Below are positions 7,651-14,652 of a stretch of DNA of 37,175 nucleotides, piece by piece; within the stretch, counting starts at the first letter, position 1; each line of letters starts with the position of its first letter. The DNA is from Clostridiaceae bacterium. GTDB lineage: Bacteria > Bacillota > Clostridia > Oscillospirales > Butyricicoccaceae. The notes beneath the pieces are model-generated. The model was not told where the DNA came from, did no database searches, and was given only the letters and a program-made list of their open reading frames with translations. Location of the stretch: the NCBI GenBank assembly GCA_009911355.1, contig QXXE01000040.1, positions 1 to 37,175 of the forward strand, read 5' to 3'. A program made the position numbers and the translations under genes.

Positions 7651-9693
7651 ATGAATCTGATACCTTGGATCCTGCTGGTGCCGCTTGGCGGCGCGGCCTG
7701 TGCTGCGCTGTGCGGGAGAAAATATGGCAAAACGGCGGATTATATTGCGCTGGCGGCAGAGCTGGCGGCGCTGGCGCTGGCGGCGGCCCCGCTTCTTCTG
7801 GCGGGCTGCGGGCTGGATGCGTGTGAGCTGGGGCTTGTGGGCTGCGGGCTGCGGTTTGCCGGGGACGGCTTCCGGCAGCTTTGGGCGGTGCTGATCTGCT
7901 TTGCGTTTACGATGAGCGGGCTCATGTGCCCGGAGTACCTTGCGCACAGCCATGCGCGCGCGCGTTACCAGGCGGCGACGCTGCTGGCGCTGGCGGGGAC
8001 GCTCGGCGTGTTCCTCTCGGCCGACCTGTTTACCTTTTTTGTCTGCTTTGAGCTGATGAGCCTGTCGTCGTGGCTGTGGGTGCTCCACGAGGAGACCCCG
8101 GGTGCGAAATACGCCGCCGGCACCTATTTAGGTGTGGCGGTGCTCGGCGGTCTGGTGCTGCTGATGGGGCTGTTCACGCTGAATCTGCTGGGCTGCCCGA
8201 TGGATTTCCTTGACATCCGGTTCCTGTGGGATTACGGCGCGGCCCCGCGGGGGCTGCTGTATCTGGCGGGGGGGCTGATGCTGTTCGGCTTTGCCGCAAA
8301 GGCGGGGGTCTTCCCGCTGCATTTCTGGATGCCGCTGGCGTATCCTGCGGCGCCTGCGCCCGCGAGCGCGCTGCTTTCTGGCGTGCTGAGCAAATGCGGC
8401 GTGCTGGGGATGCTGCTGCTTTCGGCGACGCTGTTCCGGTGGGACTTCCGCTGGGGCGAGGTCGTGCTCGCGCTGGGGGTTGTGACGATGCTGCTGGGGG
8501 CGGTGCTGGCGCTGTGCTCGGTGGATCTCAAGCGGGTGCTGGCGTACTCGTCGGCGTCGCAGATCGGGTTTATCACGGTCGGCGTGGGGCTGATGAGCCT
8601 GCTCGGGCTGGAGGACGTGTTAGCCGTACGCGGTACGGTTCTTCATATGATGAACCATACGCTGATTAAGCTGGTGCTGTTCCTGGCGGCGGGCGTGTTT
8701 GCGATGAACTGGGGGACGCTCGATCTGAACAAGCTGCGCGGGGCGGGGAGGGGCAACCTCCCGCTGATGCTGGTGTTCCTGACAGGGGCGTACGCGGTAG
8801 CGGGCGTGCCGGGGGGCAGCGGGTATCTGAGCAAGACCATGCTGCATGAAGCGGTTGTGGAGTATACGGAGCTGGCGCGGGAATCGGGCATGCATATTGT
8901 GACGCAGCTGAAGGTTGTGGAGTGGCTGTTCCTGATTTCGGGCGGGCTGACGCTGGCGTATATGCTGAAGCTGTTCATCACGCTGTTTCTTGAGCGCCCG
9001 GAAGGGAAAACAACGGGGAAAGCGCTCCGCATGGGGCCGCTGACGGCGGCGGCGCTGGTCATCCCGTCGGCGGTGCTGTGGGTGCTGGGGCTGCTGCCGC
9101 ACCAGGTTACCGATCCGCTGCTTGACATGTCGCAGGGGATGCTGACAGATGCGCGGTTGGAACACCGGCTGCAATATTTCTCGGGTACGAACCTGAGCGG
9201 CGCGTGCATTTCGCTGGCGATCGGCGTGCTTGTATATTTGGTTGTTGTGCGGAAGCTCCTAATGCGGGACGGGGGGCACCGGAATGTGGTCCCTGCGTGG
9301 TGCGACTTGGAGCGGAACGTATACCGTCCGGTGCTTCTGCGGCTGCTGCCGAACCTGTTCGGCTTGCTGAGCCGTCTGGTGGACTGTTCTCTTGACGGCG
9401 CGATCGTACTGCTGCGCAAGACGCTGCTGGTGAGCTTGGGCAAACCGAAGCGCGAGGTTGCGGGTGTGAAGGCGACGGACACGCTGGGGCGTTTCTGTGA
9501 CAGGGTACACTGGCTTTTAAACCACACGGTACGCCGCAAAAACCCGAAGGAGCACCGTTCTTACGTTTACACTTTTGCAGAGAAGGAGCGCGAGGCGGTG
9601 GCGGCGGGGCGGCTGATTACGGCAAGCTTGTCCTTTGGGCTGCTACTGGCTTGTGTCGGCCTGGTCGCGACGCTGGCGTATCTTCTGCTCTGA
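7651..9693 (+). CDS. NuoL/MrpA-like antiporter subunit with a 200-aa C-terminal extension
   Basis: 680 aa. 'FPLHFWMPLAYPAAPAPASALLSG' and 'AYSSASQIGFI'. The C-terminal extension is amphipathic and ends in a final TM helix. Confidence 0.75.
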   Translation: MNLIPWILLVPLGGAACAALCGRKYGKTADYIALAAELAALALAAAPLLLAGCGLDACELGLVGCGLRFAGDGFRQLWAVLICFAFTMSGLMCPEYLAHSHARARYQAATLLALAGTLGVFLSADLFTFFVCFELMSLSSWLWVLHEETPGAKYAAGTYLGVAVLGGLVLLMGLFTLNLLGCPMDFLDIRFLWDYGAAPRGLLYLAGGLMLFGFAAKAGVFPLHFWMPLAYPAAPAPASALLSGVLSKCGVLGMLLLSATLFRWDFRWGEVVLALGVVTMLLGAVLALCSVDLKRVLAYSSASQIGFITVGVGLMSLLGLEDVLAVRGTVLHMMNHTLIKLVLFLAAGVFAMNWGTLDLNKLRGAGRGNLPLMLVFLTGAYAVAGVPGGSGYLSKTMLHEAVVEYTELARESGMHIVTQLKVVEWLFLISGGLTLAYMLKLFITLFLERPEGKTTGKALRMGPLTAAALVIPSAVLWVLGLLPHQVTDPLLDMSQGMLTDARLEHRLQYFSGTNLSGACISLAIGVLVYLVVVRKLLMRDGGHRNVVPAWCDLERNVYRPVLLRLLPNLFGLLSRLVDCSLDGAIVLLRKTLLVSLGKPKREVAGVKATDTLGRFCDRVHWLLNHTVRRKNPKEHRSYVYTFAEKEREAVAAGRLITASLSFGLLLACVGLVATLAYLLL

Positions 9694-9704
9694 TGCCTTT
9701 CCGT

Positions 9705-9930
9705 GTCCTCGCCGGACGGGCCGCCTGCGCGGCGGGCGGCAGGGCTCTGCCCTGCACCCGCTGGGGCTTCCGCCCCAGACCCCCGAGATGCTTGCGCATC
9801 TCCCCCTCGCCTGCGGGCGGGACGGGGGATGGGCTTACCCTTACCGCTCACCGGCCAGCCCGCCAGAACGGCGGCGGGCTGGCCGGTAAAGATGGACGAA
9901 CCCGGTTATTTGTGATTGCCAACAGGTGGG
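9705..9930. repeat. long-form GC-rich repeat element (no terminal terminator module)
   Basis: Shares 'gcgcggcgggcggcagggctctgccctgcacccgctggggctt', 'gagatgc..gcatctc', 'cgcctgcgggcgggacggg' and 'cagcccgccagaacggcggcgggctgg' with the copies at 23135 and 33645. Confidence 0.75.
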
Positions 9931-9945
9931 CGGTTATGATATGAT
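9916..9945 (+). promoter_or_regulatory. candidate sigma-A promoter TTGCCA-18-TATGAT
   Basis: -35 at 9916-9921, -10 at 9940-9945, about 45 nt upstream of the DJ-1 gene start. Confidence 0.4.
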
Positions 9946-9988
9946 AGGGGTGTAGGCAAACCGCGCCGGAAAGAAAATGGGGGCTATT

Positions 9989-10624
9989 ATGATGTTCAAG
10001 GTTTATGTGTATGTTCTGGATACCCTGGCAGACTGGGAACTGGGGTATGTTACAGCGGAATTAAATTCCAGGCGCTTTTTTAAAAAAGATGCGCCAGGGG
10101 TATCCGTCAAAACGGTCGGTATTTCAAAGGAGCCGCTCAAAACCATGGGTGGGCTGAGCATCGTCCCCGATTGCGTTCTTGACGAGCTTGCGGTGGACGG
10201 GGAAAGCGTTCTGCTGCTGCCGGGAGCAAATACCTGGGATCGTCCCGAACATGGCGCAATCATCCAAAAAGCAGGCGAATTCCTTTCCGCAGGTGCTGTG
10301 GTATGCGCCATCTGCGGCGCAACTGCTGCGCTGGCCAATGCTGGGCTGCTGGATAACAGGATGCACACCAGCAATGGGGTAGGTTATCTTGAAATGGTTT
10401 CGCCCGGCTACAAGGGGCAGGATTTCTATGTTGACCAGCCGTCTGCCGCAGATCACAACCTGATTACAGCAGGCTCTGCCGGGGCCCTGCTGTGGGCAAA
10501 GCAGATTATTGAACGGCTGAACGTTTTTCAGCCCGATACATTAGAAGCGTGGTATGCATATTTCAGCACGGGCGAAGCCCAGCATTTCTTTGCACTCATG
10601 CAGACGTTATCCGCAGGCCAATAA
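9989..10624 (+). CDS. DJ-1/PfpI family (class-I glutamine amidotransferase-like) protein
   Basis: 'VLLLPGANTWDRPEH' and the nucleophile-elbow-like 'AICGATAALANAGLL'. Start placed at the ATG after 'tggggg'. Confidence 0.65.
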   Translation: MMFKVYVYVLDTLADWELGYVTAELNSRRFFKKDAPGVSVKTVGISKEPLKTMGGLSIVPDCVLDELAVDGESVLLLPGANTWDRPEHGAIIQKAGEFLSAGAVVCAICGATAALANAGLLDNRMHTSNGVGYLEMVSPGYKGQDFYVDQPSAADHNLITAGSAGALLWAKQIIERLNVFQPDTLEAWYAYFSTGEAQHFFALMQTLSAGQ

Positions 10625-10703
10625 TACCGTCCGTCCAACCGCAAAAAATGTAGTTTCGGCGGCTGGTATCGTCACGCCTGCATGCAATATGGCGCAGACG
10701 CAC

Positions 10704-10760
10704 AAAAGCCGCTGGCATGGTAACGTCAGCGGCTTCTCGTTTATTCTTCGGTTTTTCCAC
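10704..10760 (+). terminator. intrinsic-terminator hairpin 'aaagccgctggcatggtaacgtcagcggctt' followed by a T-rich run
   Basis: Same 'cgcacaaaagccgctggcat...cagcggctt' module as the hairpins at 23396, 29612 (inverted) and 33895. Confidence 0.5.
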
Positions 10761-10824
10761 GCGGCGCTCCCCCGGTTGGGGAGGCTATGGAGGCCCGCCC
10801 GCATTCCTGCCGGTCAGCCGCGCA

Positions 10825-10862
10825 AATAAAAAGAACCTATCCAAACGGAACAGGTTCTTTCT
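10825..10862. terminator. bidirectional rho-independent terminator 'aagaacct-13nt-aggttctt'
   Basis: 8-bp stem with A-tract on one side and T-tract on the other. Lies immediately 3' of rpsT on the minus strand. Confidence 0.7.
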
Positions 10863-10875
10863 TTGGCATGTTCTA

Positions 10876-11139
10876 TCAGCCAGCCGCATTCAGCTTCAGG
10901 GTCATCGCGCTCTTGCGATGGGCAGCCTTGTTCTTGTGCATGAGATGCTTTGCGGCAGCCTTGTCGACCGCCTTGACAGCAGCCTTGTACGCAGCCTGTG
11001 CGGCAGCCTTATCGCCGCTTGCAACAGCAGCGTCAAACTTTTTCAGGGTCGTTTTCAGCGCGGACTTCGCCATCTGGTTCTGAAGGGTTTTCACCTTGAT
11101 TACCTTTACGCGCTTCTTCGCAGATTTAATGTTTGGCAT
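10876..11139 (-). CDS. rpsT: 30S ribosomal protein S20
   Basis: 87 aa. The 'MPNIKSAKKRVKV...' N-terminus and the A/K-rich body are diagnostic. Confidence 0.9.
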   Translation of the reverse strand: MPNIKSAKKRVKVIKVKTLQNQMAKSALKTTLKKFDAAVASGDKAAAQAAYKAAVKAVDKAAAKHLMHKNKAAHRKSAMTLKLNAAG

Positions 11140-11171
11140 ATTGTTACACCTCCTTCGCAGACAAACTCATC

Positions 11172-11200
11172 AGTAATTAGTATTCTACCACCCCGGCAGG
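11172..11200 (-). promoter_or_regulatory. rpsT sigma-A promoter TTGCAA-17-TAGAAT (read on the minus strand)
   Basis: -35 at 11195-11200, -10 at 11172-11177, exact 17-nt spacer, about 30 nt upstream of the rpsT RBS. Confidence 0.6.
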
Positions 11201-11243
11201 TAAATTGCAAGACTTTTTTTCACTTTTTTGCATATCGCCCGGA

Positions 11244-11289
11244 AATTCGCGGAAACTAGGGGCAAGAAGCGGTTTCCGCGTTTTTTAGC
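11244..11289 (+). terminator. plus-strand hairpin 'gcggaaac-15nt-gtttccgc' followed by 'gtttttt'
   Basis: 8-9-bp stem plus T-tract. Function unclear, since no plus-strand gene ends immediately upstream. Confidence 0.3.
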
Positions 11290-11574
11290 GTCTGTATCTT
11301 TGTAGGATTTGTATCCTTGGGCCAGCCCGGGCAGCGGGGGCAGGCGGATCGTTTCCGCACAGGCCGGTGAGCGTCCGGCCGTGGCTGCGCGGGCTGGTGC
11401 TGTCCGGCGGGGGCGGTTCTCCGCAGGGGGGCTGACGGCTTCAAGGGCAACCGGCAGCGCATGGCGGCGCAGGGGGCGTGCAGAAGCGGAGGTGCGGATA
11501 CGGGTGCTGAAGCCTGCGCCAGCGCCCGCTTGCGGCGCAGTTTGGCGCGGAACAAACCCAAAAGGAGGAACGGT

Positions 11575-12468
11575 ATGGCATATCGGACAGACCTTGCGGT
11601 CGAAGCATTGGACTTTGACGAGGGCAAGAAGGCGGCAAAGGCCCTGCGCGGCTTTTCCCGCACGCAGGAGGAAAGCGAAGGGTTTTCAGTGACCCGGCTG
11701 GTCATCCACACGGACGAGGTCGCGCAGGCGCTCGAAAAACCCAAGGGCACGTATGCAACGCTCGATCTCGGCGCGCTCATCCGCCGCGAGGAGGACGCGT
11801 TCCCCCGCGCCTGCCACGCGCTCGCCGGCCTTCTGCGGGAGCTGCTCGCGGGCAGCGGGGACGGTGCGGTCCTGGTTGTCGGCCTCGGCAACCGCTCGAT
11901 CACCCCTGACGCGGTCGGCCCCATTGCCGCCGGGCATGTGATCGCTACCCGGCATCTCGTCTCCCACGTCCCCGAGCATTTCGCGGGCTGGCGCGCCGTG
12001 TCGGCAGTTGCGCCCGGCGTGCTCGGGCAGACCGGCGTTGAGACCGGCGAGCTGCTGCACGGCCTGCGCGACGCGGTCAAGCCTGCGGCGGTGATTGCTG
12101 TCGACGCGCTCGCGACCGGGCGGCTGTCCAACCTGATGCGCACCATACAGGTCACCAATACGGGCATCAACCCGGGCTCCGGGGTCGGCAACGCCCGCGG
12201 CGAGCTGTCCGGGAAAACGCTCGGCGTGCCGGTTGTCGCGGTGGGCGTGCCGACGGTTGTCGACGGCGCAACCATCGCGCACGAAATCTGCACACAGGCA
12301 GGGGTAACTGGCTGTGAAGCGTTGGACGACCTCGCCCAGCCGGTGCTGGTGACCACCCGAGACATCGACCGCGAAGTCAGCGACGTTGCGCGGGTGATTG
12401 GTTATGCGGTCAACCTGGCGCTGCATCCGCACCTTACCGTGGAGGACGTTGACCTGTACCTGTCCTGA
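11575..12468 (+). CDS. gpr: germination protease (GPR endopeptidase)
   Basis: 'YRTDLAVEA', 'VVGLGNRSITPDAVGP', 'TRHL', 'QVTNTGINPGSGVGN' and 'LGVPVVAVGVPTVVD' align with Bacillus GPR. aaaggagg lies 7 nt upstream. Confidence 0.85.
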   Translation: MAYRTDLAVEALDFDEGKKAAKALRGFSRTQEESEGFSVTRLVIHTDEVAQALEKPKGTYATLDLGALIRREEDAFPRACHALAGLLRELLAGSGDGAVLVVGLGNRSITPDAVGPIAAGHVIATRHLVSHVPEHFAGWRAVSAVAPGVLGQTGVETGELLHGLRDAVKPAAVIAVDALATGRLSNLMRTIQVTNTGINPGSGVGNARGELSGKTLGVPVVAVGVPTVVDGATIAHEICTQAGVTGCEALDDLAQPVLVTTRDIDREVSDVARVIGYAVNLALHPHLTVEDVDLYLS

Positions 12469-12469
12469 C

Positions 12470-12600
12470 GCCGGGCTGCCGCGGCGGGCAGGACGGGGGC
12501 TTGCCCTCGCCGGGCGGGCGTCCTGCGCGGACAGCGCCAAAGGGGCTTGCCCTTTTGGAAACCCGTTCTCCGCTGCGGCGGGGGACAGGCGCGCCGCGAT
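12470..12600. repeat. short-form GC-rich repeat with palindrome 'ccaaaggggcttgcccttttgg'
   Basis: Family core followed by 'ctgcggcggggga'. Lies between gpr and spoIIP. Confidence 0.7.
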
Positions 12601-12758
12601 TGCGAATACAGAACCATTTGCAGTGCTTCCTTCATAGCGGCATCCCGTCCGCTGGACAGAAATCACAGCGCATGTCATACCCGCCCGCTTTCCCACATAA
12701 GATAGAAACAACAGCCGCCCACGGCGGTATGAAATGCAGGAAAGGCAGGCGGTGCAGC

Positions 12759-13823
12759 ATGAAGAAACGACCCGTCCGGAGGCGCGGAAACCCGATTGCG
12801 CTGCCCGCGTTCTTATGTATCATGCTTGCGGTGCTGCTGCTGGGGCTGCACTGCCTGGGCGGCGAACCGGCCTTCGAGGCCCTTCTGACCCGCCTTGCAA
12901 CCAACGAGGGCTTTGTGTCGGGCGCGCTTGCGCTTGAGCTTGGCGCAGGCGGCCGCCCGGTGGTACATACCCCGGCCACGGCTGGCAGCGGGCTTTCCCA
13001 GCCGCCGGAACCGGACAAGGCTCCCGCGCCCCCCGAGCCCGCGAACGAAAGCGCATTTGCCGCGCCGGAAATTCCCGCGGGCGCGTTTTCGGAAAAAGCC
13101 GCTACGGTAGAGGTCTCCGGCACGACGGGGCTCAGCTTTGACGTAGAGGAGATGCTTGCAAACCCGCTTGAGCTGCGCAAAACCGACGGCCCGCAGGTAT
13201 TGATCGTACACACCCACGGTACGGAAGCCTATACGAACGACGAAAATTACAGCTACACCTCCGAAGAAAACTTCCGCACGACCGATACCCAATACAACGT
13301 TGTAGCGGTAGGCGACCGCCTGACCGAAGTGCTTGAAAGCCACGGCATCCAGACCATCCATTGCCGGAGCATGTTCGACCACCCGTCCTACAACGGTTCA
13401 TATGGGCGCTCGCTGGAAGAGATCAAGGCGCAGCTTGACGCGAACCCGTCCATACAGGTCGTAATCGACCTGCACCGCGACGATATTTCGCTGGAAGGAG
13501 GCGGCAAGATGTCGCTTGACTGGGAGCAGGACGGCGAGGAGTACGCCCGTATGATGTTCGTGATCGGCAGCGGCGAAAGCGGCCTTACCCACGAAAACTG
13601 GGAGCAGAACCTCAACTGGGCGGTCAACCTGCAAGCGAAGCTGGACGCGGCCTACCCCGGCCTGATGCGCGCGGTCAACCTGCGCAAGCAGCGCTTCAAC
13701 CAGCACCTGCGGCCCGGTTCCATGATCATCGAATGCGGCGCGTCGGGCAATACGCTGACGCAGGCGCTGCGCTCCATTGAGCTGTTTGGGGGCTTCCTGG
13801 CCGCCGAACTGAACGCCGCCTGA
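12759..13823 (+). CDS. spoIIP: stage II sporulation protein P
   Basis: 'VLIVHTHGTEAY', 'VVIDLHRD' and 'NQHLRPGSMIIECG' are SpoIIP motifs. N-terminal basic segment plus TM helix. Start could instead be 12729. Confidence 0.8.
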   Translation: MKKRPVRRRGNPIALPAFLCIMLAVLLLGLHCLGGEPAFEALLTRLATNEGFVSGALALELGAGGRPVVHTPATAGSGLSQPPEPDKAPAPPEPANESAFAAPEIPAGAFSEKAATVEVSGTTGLSFDVEEMLANPLELRKTDGPQVLIVHTHGTEAYTNDENYSYTSEENFRTTDTQYNVVAVGDRLTEVLESHGIQTIHCRSMFDHPSYNGSYGRSLEEIKAQLDANPSIQVVIDLHRDDISLEGGGKMSLDWEQDGEEYARMMFVIGSGESGLTHENWEQNLNWAVNLQAKLDAAYPGLMRAVNLRKQRFNQHLRPGSMIIECGASGNTLTQALRSIELFGGFLAAELNAA

Positions 13824-13876
13824 GGCATTTCCTGCCGTCTCCCGCGAATTTTTTGAATAAATTTTGGAAAATCCGC

Positions 13877-13905
13877 TTGCAATGTGGAAAATAACGTGCT
13901 ATACT
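13877..13905 (+). promoter_or_regulatory. sigma-A promoter TTGCAA-17-TATACT for the rimP-nusA-infB operon
   Basis: -35 at 13877-13882, -10 at 13900-13905, exact 17-nt spacer, 87 nt upstream of rimP. Confidence 0.65.
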
Positions 13906-13991
13906 ATATCTGTTAGTTAAGAATAGTCAATGAAAGGAGTGGGGCGACCCACTCTTTCTTATTGCGGTACCACCACTTTGGGAGGGAAGCT

Positions 13992-14456
13992 ATGCAGGCA
14001 AAGGAACTCATCCGCCGCGTGGAAGAAATGGCGCTGCCGCTGTGCAAGCAGAATGGCCTGTCGCTTTGGGACGTAGAATTTGAAAAAGAAGGCGGCGTAC
14101 AGCTGCTTACCATCACCGTTGACCGCGACGGAGGCGTGGACATCAACCAGTGCGAAGCGGTTTCGCGCGCGATCGACCCGATGCTCGATGCAAAGGAGTT
14201 CGACTCGCTGCCGTCCTATACGCTGTGCGTCTCGTCAGCCGGGCTGGAACGCAAGCTGAAAAAGCCCGAGCACTACCAAAAATTCCTCGGCGCAAAGGTT
14301 GAGGTGCGTTTTTACCGCCCGATTGACGGCGCGAAAGCCGTCCAGGGCATCCTTGCAGGATACGACGGCGGCAGCGTGACGGTCGACCTCGACGGCGCGC
14401 GCCGGGTATACGAACCACAGGACATCGCGGTCTGCCGCCTTGTCGCCGACATTTAA
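13992..14456 (+). CDS. rimP: ribosome maturation factor RimP
   Basis: 155 aa. 'LWDVEFEKEG....LTITVDRDGGVDI' fits RimP. ggaggg RBS. Confidence 0.8.
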   Translation: MQAKELIRRVEEMALPLCKQNGLSLWDVEFEKEGGVQLLTITVDRDGGVDINQCEAVSRAIDPMLDAKEFDSLPSYTLCVSSAGLERKLKKPEHYQKFLGAKVEVRFYRPIDGAKAVQGILAGYDGGSVTVDLDGARRVYEPQDIAVCRLVADI

Positions 14457-14479
14457 CGACTATCCCCCAGAAGTTATGC

Positions 14480-14625
14480 CTCTCCGTCCCGCCCGCAGGC
14501 GGAATGAAGTTTTTACTCGATTTTTTTACAAAAAAATCGCGGGAGTCCAGAGGGCGGGGCCCTTTGGCCGGGAGTCCAGAGGGCGGAGCCCTTTGGCACC
14601 GCCTGCGGAGGGCAACGCAAAAAAC
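14480..14625. repeat. repeat element (variant 'gagtccagagggcgg(g/a)gccctttggc' x2) plus the A/T palindrome 'cgatttttttacaaaaaaatcg' (14518-14539)
   Basis: Inserted in the rimP-nusA intergenic spacer of an otherwise compact operon. Confidence 0.7.
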
Positions 14626-14652
14626 GCCAGTTTTAGGAGTGATTTGGAAAAA

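Noticed and set aside
3943-8088. 1381-aa ORF on the minus strand
   Set aside because: It is antisense to four well-supported Mrp antiporter genes. The translation is an Arg/His/Gln-rich low-complexity product typical of out-of-frame reading in a 62%-GC genome. It has no RBS.
11256-12711. 369-aa and 341-aa minus-strand ORFs
   Set aside because: Antisense to gpr, whose identity is secure.
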